A stretch of 56,941 nucleotides of DNA, filler included, from Sphacelaria rigidula (Eukaryota), in the NCBI GenBank assembly GCA_964200075.2. It is 4 parts of 4 records of this genome, joined end to end, with 100 filler letters (N's around TTAATTAATTAA, not from the genome) between each part and the next. Parts side by side here need not be neighbours in the genome. Positions count along the whole stretch, not along the records: positions 14,262 to 28,421 come from CAXNAA020002421.1; positions 28,522 to 42,681 come from CAXNAA020002422.1; 2 more parts are not named here. One strand, given 5' to 3'. Both the position numbers and the translations under genes were made by a program. Of this stretch, positions 23,925-34,295 are shown one piece after another. A model generated the notes under the pieces. That model worked only from the letters and a program-made list of their open reading frames with translations. It ran no database searches and had not been told where the DNA came from. Within the stretch, counting starts at the first letter, position 1, and every line of letters starts with the position of its first letter.

Positions 23925-25570
23925 TCAAGATTCGTTATTGCTCTCCCACGTTCTTCTATGATCAGGAGTGAGGTCTACCGTTGGAGGTGTGGGACAACGC
24001 GCGCGAATGGACTTGGTCTTTTGCCTATCGCTGTTGAGTCTGTATCGGTCGAAGGAGGGCAGAAAGCAATCAACGCGGCTGCACAAGCAATCCGAACTGG
24101 GTTGGTAGCTCCGTAGAAGTGCAGAGGGGCGCGCGCTACTGCCATCCACACACTCGAGGAATATCTTCGCCTCTGCAACGCGTGCAGGACCGAAATGACG
24201 CCAGGTTTTTCCTTCGCCGGGCCCCGGTCGATGGCACGCCACGCATAGCCGCGATGCAGGGTCGTGTGCCTGACCACAACATGAGCACATAGACCACTGG
24301 CCTTCGACGAGGGGGTACGTGATGCCGCACTCCTCGCGACCATAGGACCGCTTCCGTCCACGACCCCTGCTTCTACTAACGGCTTTCGACTCAGTCGGCG
24401 CCGACTGCTCCATCATACAGCTATCATGAATCTCGGGATGCCCCTGTGCACTACTGCGTCGCGTCGTTATCCTCGTTCGTGCACCGTGCCGTCGATGCCC
24501 ACCACAACGACCATTAGCGGGTGAGGTTTCCCTTCCCTCATCCCTCATGACATCGCTGCTAGCCCCAGTCGTTGGCATGGATGCAACCCCCTCCTCTTCA
24601 CGCCCCGCCGCAGATGAGCTGCCGACGTCTGGACACGTTCCTGGGGCGAGGTCAGGCGCAGCAGCACAAGCAACCCTCTGTCTTTTTTTTTCCCGCTTCG
24701 ATCTTGATCTCGAAGCGTTGGAGGGTGTTAGATTTGAGGAACACGGCGAGCCAGGTCGCTTGTTGCAGTGTCCCGAGGGCGTTGAAAAGTCATCCGGCAA
24801 CTCAACTGGAGGCCGCAGTGATGAATTATATGGGGATACGGGTGTCGTTGCCACCCCGGAAGGAGGTAATGCTTTCAGCGCGTGTTCCTTTGCTCGATCC
24901 CTGTTCTGCATCGAAGCCTCCTGCTGCTCAGTCCATGTTCCCCATGCGCTACTCGCATCCGGGTGGTTGATCATATTCCTTCTCCGTCTCGATGCCGATA
25001 CGTGAGCATGCAGAGGTGTGCCTCTACCGGAACCAGGCGGGGCACGCCTTTTCTTTGTCTCGGAAGATGGAGTAGAACCCCCCACCTCACAGGGTATCCC
25101 GCCGGTAGTTTCTCGGCCTTCGCGAGTGGTGGTGCCCACTTCGTGGAGGATCGTCGTCGGCGCAGTGGATACCGATAGCTCCCGTGCGCTCACCTCCGAC
25201 ACGCGGGTACTAGAGACTGTGTACGTCGGGCCTTCCCTGGGCAATCGCCTCTCTACTTTTTCACTCTGCGAGCTTCGCCGGTCGTCACCCCCAACCACCG
25301 CCCCCTCGACTTGTATGGGTGCACCATCGACGACCGCGCCTGGCGCCCCAGAGTCACAGAACAGTGCAACCGCCCTGTATTTGTCATACGACTCGGGACT
25401 GGTCTCCTCTCGTACTTCGTCTTCGTCGCCGACGTGGCCGCCAGCGATTGCCCTCATACTTGACATCGGCACTGCACGTTCTACGCATGTGGGCCAAGAA
25501 CTTCTCTCAACCACATTTGTGGCATGTGCCGGGTGGGATGGTAGCCGAAGATACGCAGGTGTTTCGCCAC
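23925..25570 (-). CDS. Large exon of an unknown low-complexity protein with a RanBP2-type zinc-finger-like motif
   Basis: 555-aa ORF with a phase-1 acceptor GGGCAG at 25571. Motif WSMCSCCGQAHDPASRLCVAC lies at 24234-24296. Confidence 0.55.
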
Positions 25571-25838
25571 CTGCCCGCATGACATACAACAACGCGTACG
25601 TGTGTAAGAACTCAGTCCTGTGCTATATATATAACGTTTTGAGAGTCGAAGTCGGAGGTTTTTTTGCATATACTGTCTATATTTTTACTCCGGGTTATGT
25701 ACTATCCACGCATGCTCACGTCCTGCGTTTCGTTCGAAAGCCACAGCCATCACCTGGAAGAAGGCAGTGAGGAGTGTACGATCATCACCTTTGATTGCTC
25801 GCAGGGTTACTACAATAGTGAGTTGAAGATGGTCTTAC

Positions 25839-25944
25839 CTGGGGATCGGTTCTGGTGTCGTATGTGACGCTCGGACTGCCCCGGACGGCTCAGCAGGCGC
25901 CCGGAAGTTGCATCCAATGAGTTAGCCCTGGTGATCCTCCACAT
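25839..25944 (-). CDS. Candidate upstream exon of the 23925-25570 gene
   Basis: CAG|ATG...CCAG|GTAAGA, giving 35 codons plus 1 nt, phase-compatible with the large exon. Confidence 0.4.
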
Positions 25945-26189
25945 CTGCCGCGAGTGTATGTACAGGGGGGGTCGGGTGGGGGTTGAACACCAACGCTTCT
26001 GATCGAGCGTGTCATCTACCCTGCCGTTCTCATGTTCTCGCCTCCTGTGGCGACGGAGATTTATGTTCTCTGTTTTATGTAGCGGTCGCGGCATGCTATC
26101 GTGATACTGAAGTTTTCTTATTGCTGTGAACATCCTTCAGGATAAAGCTATTACTATATACTACAGCAATATACTTCGACAGTACATAG

Positions 26190-26275
26190 CTCTGTACTGC
26201 ACTGAACTTTACTCTACTGTATTGTACTGTGCTGTACTGTACTGTGCTGAATTGTATTGTGCTGTGCTGCGCTGT
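26190..26275. repeat. (TACTG/TGCTG)n pentanucleotide microsatellite
   Basis: Directly visible in the sequence. Confidence 0.8.
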
Positions 26276-26461
26276 GGCGTGCTCTATCTTGCTGCTACTC
26301 GTATGTGCTGTTGGTGCAGTACACGGCAGTCCAGATGGCCAAAGTACTGGTGCGGAGAAAAAGTTTGCACCATTTTAAACTTTAGTCATGTCGTGTCATC
26401 TGCGGGATGAATGGAGTTCAACACAACCTTTTTGTATGCAAATATTGACGTCTCAAGATGG

Positions 26462-26730
26462 CCGCCGCCGGCGGTTTAATGGTCCGCCTGTCACCACAAG
26501 GGTGGAGAGAACGAGGGTTTGATTCCCGATGCGTTGGGGGTTTTCTTCGTAACGTCTGATTTTCACCGTGGAGAGCGTGAGAACGTGAGTAAACAAAGTA
26601 GGCGACTCGTTTGTTTGACGCGACTTGACCAGGTGCGGGAGTGCTGACCCAACCCACGAGACCAAAATGCAAGGCGTGTAAGAGGGGAAAGATGGGTTGA
26701 TCCCTTGACACCATGGACTCATTCCGAGAA
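26462..26730 (+). mobile_element. tRNA-derived SINE (family S2)
   Basis: A-box-like TTTAATGGT and B-box-like GGGTTTGATTCCC. An inverted copy lies at 30920-31186 and a partial copy at 55320-55460. Confidence 0.75.
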
Positions 26731-27453
26731 AGGGAAGGGGTTCGGAGTGCGACTATAATAATACCAGAATTGTGAAAAAACACTCCGTGTCTCTCTGGTG
26801 GTGTCATGCGAGCGATGTGCTTTGCCATGACACCGGAGATCAGGTTTGACGGAGGGGGGGGGGGGGGGTTGTCCGCCCGAGGCTGGACGGATTCTGCAAA
26901 TGCTCCCAAGCAGACGGCACTACTATTGGTGCAACTTGCGAGAGGAATTTATTTTCTATATCTTAACACACCTCGATCGCCTTCGAGCCCACTCCTTCCA
27001 CTTGGGCGACGCTTTCAGGTCCGCAGCGGCATGCACGGTGTGTGCGATGCACGGTGTGCGGAGCCTCCGGGCAAAATTAGGATATTTGCCATCATCCACT
27101 GTTTTTCGCGGAGTTCCGCTGTACAGAAAAAATAATATTTTCCCCCGTTGATCTGCAATTGAACGTAGGCGCAGACTGTACGCGCCTTGCTTCGTTTGCT
27201 TTGTGAAAGGCAAGCTCGGAAATGCAGGGAATGAGAATGATATGCTCACTACTGCTATCTATGTTACATCACCAAACCATGGTGTCAGCTGCTACTTCAC
27301 GGCAAAGATCTGCAAAGCAAAGATTCACCCACCGTTCCAAACATGTTTTACGCTTAGCTTTTCTGTCCAACGCGCAGCTTAACTATTTTCAGGTTTGGTC
27401 ATTGCGTATTTTTTCATCATGGATGATGACCCCGCATATTTGTCTGCTAGGCG

Positions 27454-27615
27454 ATGGATGGGGGTTGCGACACAACAGATGCAACAAGAGGGGACGCAGT
27501 GATGGCGATGGAGCACTACCGCGTAACCATGCGGAATGTCGAGAATGAGAGGGCGAACTTTTTAGCGAAGATTGATCTCGTCCAGCCTTCCTTTCAGGAG
27601 AATCACCAACTCGAG
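27454..27615 (+). CDS. CCDC77: First coding exon of a CCDC77-like coiled-coil protein
   Basis: TAG acceptor at 27450, then MEHYRVTMRNVENERANFLAKIDLVQPSFQENHQLE|GT. This resembles my recollection of the CCDC77 N-terminal EYY...E.E..LL.KL......QHKLE motif. No further exons were found before the contig end. Confidence 0.55.
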
Positions 27616-28235
27616 GTACAACGCAAATCCACTGGCAGACTCCACCAAACAACCGTTACGTTTTTATTCAATACTCGGAGTATTTCAAAACGGCTCCGTG
27701 AGCAGGCTGTGAAGGACGACGCTGCAGTAGTGCATATCCGTAGATCTTCACCCCTGCGTATCAATCATGCGAACACCGCTAAGATAGCCAATCAGAGGTA
27801 GGCGTAGCTGACAGTCGATCAGCGACAAGAGGGAGAAGGTATCGTGTTGAAGCTTCGAACACCCGCAGATGGAAATCCGAGTCTTGAAAGATGATACGGG
27901 TTACACAGATATGCGGGGGTACCTGTACACACTCGGGGCAGAAGGGGAAAGAGTACAGAGAGGTAGAGTGAAGAGTGAAGGCGTGGCACAGAAACAGTGC
28001 AATACGATAGCAGTCACCAAAAGAGTGAGAGAGCGTTTTATCAAGACGGAAGAATCGCTTGTCATAACGTCCATATCGTTTCACTACAAGTATTTCCATG
28101 GACCCTGTGATTGGTCGGTGCCATACCGACCCCCCAGGAAGATCGCCCCGGAGTCTGTTTGCACTTTGCACAAACCAGGCAGCTCGTATCTACAATGCTC
28201 ACGATTTTGGGCCACAAGACTCCGTTTCTCGTTAA

Positions 28236-28421
28236 CCCTTAGACGACGAGCGTCTCCTCGGAACAGTTGTACAGGCTGATAATCCCGAGACATCCGGGGG
28301 TTTCCAGAGCTCGGTGGAGGTGGTTTTTGATGGGGGGGGGGGGGGGTCTCTCCGCGGAGACTCGGAGAAGGTCACGGAGGAAACCATGTGTGTTGGGAAG
28401 TTGCCACCGGAAAAATAGAGG
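28236..28421. mobile_element. piggyBac-type MITE end (TTAA|CCCTTAG...), cut by the contig end
   Basis: Inverted homologue at ~31335-31510. Confidence 0.65.
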
Positions 28422-28521
28422 NNNNNNNNNNNNNNNNNNNNNNNNNNNNNNNNNNNNNNNNNNNNTTAATTAATTAANNNNNNNNNNNNNNNNNNNNNNN
28501 NNNNNNNNNNNNNNNNNNNNN
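28422..28521. other. Artificial contig linker
   Basis: N44-TTAATTAATTAA-N44. Confidence 0.97.
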
Positions 28522-28592
28522 CCGTCTCGAAAGGGATGCGTGGTCAATGGTCGAACGACTAAGGCAAGCAACAAATGAGTACGCCCCCCCCC
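28522..28592 (+). mobile_element. Repeat family R 3' end (subtype B) with C-run
   Basis: ...GGGATGCGTGGTCAATGG...ATGAGTACGCCCCCCCCC. Confidence 0.75.
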
Positions 28593-28800
28593 CGCAAGTA
28601 CATAGTTTTGGGAGGCAAAATATTAACGTAAATCGAAGTGGGAAACGCCGAGCACAACGAGAAGCTGGGAATTCCCACGTTTGGATTCGTTCAAGCCAAT
28701 GTCGACAATATGGGGCGCTTCATGCAGCCTGAACCCAAACATTAGGCGCTGTGTGGCCATTTTTTTCGTGGCACGTTTGGGCTGGTTTTGGGGGGGGGCT

Positions 28801-29352
28801 ATCGTAGAAAGGGTCATTGTGGTGGGAAAGAGTTGGCACAAGTGTATGTGAGGGAGATGTCGGCGCCTACCACGTCGCCATGACGGCACCGATGAACTGA
28901 TGCTCGGTGCTTACGGGTAGATACCAGCTGCCGAGGCGACCAATCTGATGCTCAATACTCACAGGAACTGAAATGTGGGTTGTATACGATTCACTCTTGT
29001 CATTCAAGGCCGCTCCCCAAAGTGTCATGTTTTAATCCTTGCTCTCGTTTGTTTCGAAGCCACACTTTTTGAAGCTCGCTTTTCTGCAGCATAGGTGACA
29101 CCGCAATGACTTGGTCTTTACTTATGCGTTTCCTTTGAGGCGGCCTTGAATGACAAGAGTGAATCGCATGCAATCCACATTTCAGTTCCTGTGAGTACCA
29201 AGCATCAGATGGGTCATCTCAGCAGCTGGCACCTACCTGTAAGCACCGAGCATCAGTTCGTCGGTGCCGTCATGGCGACGTGGTAGGCGTCGAAATCTCC
29301 CGAACAAACGCTTGTGCCAACTCTTTCCCACCACAATACACTTGCTAGGATG
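28801..29352. repeat. Long fold-back inverted repeat (~220-bp arms, ~110-bp spacer)
   Basis: Positions 28816-29022 are the reverse complement of 29132-29337, with scattered mismatches. Confidence 0.9.
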
Positions 29353-30919
29353 ACTCCTAGACAAGTTACTGGTGCCTGGATATCATACTCTTGAAATCCT
29401 TGCTCTCCTCCTTCTCGGGGCGCACTGTATCGTCCTCGTGTTGCTCCAGTCACCTCGCCTGGCTTCGCTACCCCTGGCGCGATGAACAGCGTAGCTGCGG
29501 TGTGCTCGGCGTGGGATACCTGCTCTCATTAGGTCCGAGCGGTCGTCTCGAGACGTCGGTCTTAGGGTGTTCATACCCCGATGTGGTCCTTGAAGCACGC
29601 GGCCTGAACACGCCTTACACATGGCTGATATTCAAGAGTGAGGTTGATATTAATGGTGGAGTAGAGGGCAAATACTGTCACTGCTGTGGTCAGTACTATG
29701 GGCAGTTCTCATGGATGGGAAAACGTTCCAGTTACATGTTTGCGCAAGTAGATTTCGTATTCGGGAATTCTATATTTCTCTCATGTAGCTGCTAGTGAAC
29801 GAGAAGTGATGATCGCGAACCCCATTGTACTGTTGCCAGGATCTCCGAGAAGACACATTCTGTTTCGTTACGAATGGCATGTGTCGGGCGAGGTGGTGAA
29901 ATGAAATAAAAAACAAATGGTTTGTGGAACGCATCGATGTCAGTACATTGAGGATCCGGAACCGCAACCTCGATACAAGAAACATATTCGAGATAGAAAA
30001 CGTCGAGAAATAGAACTGTGTTTCTGCGCAAACCATGAATTCCGATATTTCTTCTTCGTTCGCGTGCTCCGTGCACTTCTCCGCCGTTTGGTTTTGATTC
30101 TGGGGAGGTGCACGACTTTCATGCTTTTATCTTCGGTTCGGAAAATTGGCGCCCCGAAAAACCAGCGCCATTGCTCGTTTCATGCCATTGAGGGCATGCA
30201 AAGCCCCGACGACAATACACACGTCACGACTGAACTGCGTTGTGGAAGGGCGGTTGGGGTGCCGCTAGTAGTGGAGCATGTGACAGCTAAGGTGGAAATG
30301 TAGCACGTACACGGAGGACGGTAGCGGTGACGAAAAATCAAGAAAGCGAAACCAAGTATGGTGCGTTCATTCTCTGGCCTGCCAATTTTCCTGTTTTCGG
30401 GCCAGGACATGCACTTGCACTCGAGTCGCGCCACGGACCTGAATCATCAGTGGTGGTAACCTTGAGTTGGACTTGAGTAACAGGTCTTGAGGTCTACAGA
30501 TGGACAACATGGCGACTACAGCGTTGCGGTGGTTTCTGTCGATAGCTTATTACCATCATATCCTATTCACGGTACACTCAATCGACGCCTGTATGCACAT
30601 TGCTCTCGCGTCTCAGCATGCCATGGGAGCCCTCCTCATCAAATCATGCTCTGGGTTCGCCAGCACCACCCTATGCGCACGGAGACTTCAAAAGCACAGG
30701 GTATGATACACTTGCGTATATCGTAGCAGCAATGGTAGCCAGTAGCCGATGAGCACCACTTGCCAGGCCAAGCATCGCTTTACAGGATAGGGTTGAGTAC
30801 TGGTGTAGGATCACAGGATCCGGCGTACTGGCTACATTGGATCCTCTCAGGACCCCGAATACAAAACAAGTTATTTTGTAAGTCTTTTTTTTTCGTCGCA
30901 TTTTAAACTCCTCGCCTTC

Positions 30920-31186
30920 TTCGGGATGAATCCGTGGTCTCAAGAGATTAACCCATCTCTCCCCCAGGTACGCGCCTTGCCTTTTGGTCTCGCGGGTTGG
31001 GTCAGTACTCCCGCATCGCGTCAACTCCCCTCAAACAAACTCAGCCGACTGATCTGTTTACTCACGTTCTCACGCTTTCCACGGTGGAAATCAGACATTA
31101 CGAAGAAGAAAAAAAACGCATCGGGAATCGAACCCTCGTTCTCTCCACCCTAATGGCGACAGTCGGACCATTACACGACCGGGGCT
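30920..31186 (-). mobile_element. tRNA-derived SINE (family S2)
   Basis: The minus strand reads AGCCCCGGTCGTGTAATGGT...GGGTTCGATTCCC. Confidence 0.75.
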
Positions 31187-31519
31187 AATGCCATGACCAA
31201 AATGAAATACGCCAGACGACGGCGAAGTAGTCTACCTCAAGTCCCTCTGTAGGGGAGTACGTGCTCATTTTGACGACCGTGATTGGTCAGAATGGTCATT
31301 TTGCGCCTCTTGGGTCTCGATTCTGGCTTAGAATCTTCCGCGGCAAACTTCCACAGACACATGGTTGACTTGGTGAGTTTTTCAGCTGCTCTGCGGACAG
31401 GCACCACGCCCCGTCAAAACTATCCCCCCCGGCCACTGGAAACCCCCGAATGTCTCCGGAATGTCAGTCTGTGAAACTGTTCCGAGGCGACGCTCGCTGC
31501 CTAAGAGTGATCTTTTTAA

Positions 31520-33212
31520 TGCGTCGGACGAGTCATCACTCGTCGAAAGGAGTGCCTTCGCGGATGTTTGTTGAAAACACGACTAGCAATGACTCGAGTA
31601 CTCGCTCTATTGAATTTTTCACAACGAGCAATGACTCGAGTACACGTCCTGTTGATTTTTCCACGACGAGCAATAATTTGAGTACTTGCCCTATTGAATT
31701 TTCCACAACGAGCAATGACTCGAGTCCTCGCCCTATTGATTCTTCACAACGAGTAATGACTCGAATACTCGCCCTATTGAATTTCCACAACGAGCAATAA
31801 CTCGAGTACTCGCCCTATTGATTTTTTATGACGAGTAGTGACTCGAGTACTCGCCCTGTTGATTTTCCCACAACGAGCAGTAACTCGAGTACTCGCCCTA
31901 TTGATTTTTCCACAACGAGCAATGACTCGAGCGCTCGCCCTATTCATTTTTCCACAACGAGCAATGACTCGAGTGCTCTCCCTACTGATTTTCCCACAAC
32001 GAGCAGTGACTCGGGCGCTCGCCCTACTGATTTTCTCCACAACGAGTAGTGACTCGAGTGCTCGGGTCATCTATTTTTTTTCACCACGAGCTACCAGTCG
32101 TGTGCTCGAGTCATTTCCGTTTTCACAAGGTACGACCCGTTTTCTCGAGTCATTTCCGTGTTCACAAGGTACGACCCGTTTGCTCGAGCCATTTACTTTT
32201 CATCACGAGCAATAACTCGGCTGCTTGCGTCTTTCCTGGACAATCCGAGGACTAATATTCATGAAGTGAAATGATCGGCGAGTGAGGCGCGAGACATGGT
32301 GCAAGCCTGGTGAAAGAACGGTAGAAAATGGTAATACTGTGACCATCACAAATGGTATTAATCCTTTTGGGACCGGACTCTCCACAATGGTGTTTGACAC
32401 TTTTCCCCACAATCGTGTATTTGCGGCAGGTGTTCGTGTGTTTTGTTTTCAAGTCAAAATGATGTCGATTCACAAAAACGCCTCTGCAGCATCATTTTTA
32501 CGAAAAAACAACACAGGTGGACACCTACAGCAAACACACAATCGCGGGGAAAAGGGTATCGAAAGGGTCCCACGACATCTTGGTCACCACATGATATGCT
32601 ACTACTAATACTACCGCTCGACGTCGTCTCTTCCGGCGTGGTCATCTCATTTGTTGCTGGTTCGCCAGCATCTTTACTTGTAGAAAGAGGGTGGCTCGTC
32701 GGTCGACACCAAACGGTACTGCTACTGAATGTAAATGCAGAACTCTGATCTGTGTGTGTGGGGTGTGTGGGAGGGGGAGGGGGAGGGGGAGTGCTTGGAT
32801 AAAACGAGGACGAGCTTTGGAGCTTGACACTTGTACATGTGCAGGTATGCATGTGAAATTGAAGATTCTAGGTTCAAGATCGTCGAGGAGCTCACTATAG
32901 CTATTGCTCGTCGGATCGCTGACTCCTCATCTCAAGTCGTTCAACACGAGCAATGACTCGTGTGCTCGAGACATTCACTTTTCCACAACGAGCAATGACT
33001 CGAGTGCTCGCCCTATCGATTTTTCCACAACAATCTATGAATCGAGTGCTCGTTCTATTTATTTTTTCACAACGAGCAATGACTCGAATACTCGTCCTAC
33101 TGATTTTTCCACAACGAGCAATGACTCGAGTGCTCGAGGACCTTCAAAAACGGCGAATGAGCAGCCCTACGAGCGCGTGTGCCACGAGTCATACTCGTGC
33201 TCGTCCGACGTA
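31520..33212. mobile_element. TIR-bounded element(s) built from ~41-bp tandem repeats (arrays ~31580-32220 and ~32940-33140)
   Basis: Left end CGTCGGACGAG, right end CTCGTCCGACG. The unit is CCACAACGAGCAATGACTCGAGT(A/G)CTCGCCCTATTGATTTTT. Confidence 0.75.
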
Positions 33213-33637
33213 TAAAATTTTGTAGAAAAATAATAGGACCATCTCTTCTAGTATTTTCAATCTTCTATTGAAAAAAATAGAGTTGAAGTACGAAGCCGAC
33301 AACCGCTTATAAAGCCGGTAACGGTGGATACTGGTTTGAAACTATTGTCCATTTTTGTTACATAATCATCACCATTACTATCATTATAATGATGGAGGCC
33401 ACTTATAGCTGGTACCATTTCCGAGCTCTACTGTTAGCACGGGATTTTACAAATTGCGGGTAGATTTCTTTTTTTTAAATGAGCGAGGCCGCACATCACT
33501 GTCGGAGAGGGCGTTCGCACTTTTTTCGAAATATGTCAATTCTTATCAGATCCCATGTTTTCTGCTGCTGACTCCGCTGGAATGCTCCGAGTACTGTAGC
33601 TCTGGCGATGCATCTTCGTCGAACCTGATTTTGCCTA

Positions 33638-33935
33638 TAACAATGATTTCGTGAAATTGAGAGTAGAGGATGATATTGAGAGTGAGAAGCGGTCAATTAA
33701 TGAATGAATAGTTTCAGTTCCTAAATGCCCCTCTACGAGGCCCGATACGCTTTCTGTATTGGCTTGCCACTGAAGCACTGATATCCCCGAGTATGATATT
33801 GACGTGTAGCCGTAAGCACACGCCAGTGATACAGACAAAGAAAAGCACACACAGCATGAAAAACTGGTCAAGTTAAAGCGATGATATAACCCACTCTCAA
33901 TCAGCGCTCTACTCTCACTCACGAAAACATGGTTG
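33638..33935. mobile_element. MITE family M1, copy 2 (inverted)
   Basis: Reverse complement of the 36837-37138 body, with TIRs present. Confidence 0.8.
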
Positions 33936-34089
33936 TGTGCTTGTTCTCTTTGGTGCAAATTTACTCATGTTTCTACGGCCAGGATGGATGAGACCCATGT
34001 GATTGTTGGAATTCATCAAACCTGGCACGTTCGTTTCTCCTGGACTGAGAGGCCTTGAATACAGTACGCCAATTTTGTTGGGAAAATGG

Positions 34090-34295
34090 TGTAATGCGTG
34101 AGAAGACCGCGTGCTTAGAGGACCGCGCCGTAGTTCAAAATACCTCAGGATCGACGTTTTTCAAAACCAATTGGGTCAGTCCCTGCAGGTACCACGCCCC
34201 TTGACCCTAACTCCAACACTAACCCTAACCCTAACCATAGGGATGTTCAAATTCCGATGCGGTCCTCTAAGCACGCGGTCCTCTCACGCATTACA
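34090..34295. mobile_element. TGT..ACA MITE with 37-bp TIRs, 4-bp TSD (ATGG) and internal (CCCTAA)-like repeats
   Basis: ATGG|TGTAATGCGTGAGAAGACCGCGTGCTTAGAGGACCGC...GCGGTCCTCTAAGCACGCGGTCCTCTCACGCATTACA|ATGG. Confidence 0.85.

Noticed and set aside
25018-25770. Plus-strand 250-aa ORF and other antisense ORFs over the GC-rich exon and retroelements
   Set aside because: These are shadow ORFs of the minus-strand coding frames, with no recognisable motifs.
31580-32220. CRISPR-like array (regular ~41-bp period with a palindromic core)
   Set aside because: The units are contiguous with no unique spacers, there are no cas genes, and the context is eukaryotic. It is a tandem repeat.
34200-34240. 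True telomere
   Set aside because: There are only a few degenerate CCCTAA units, and they are internal to a MITE.
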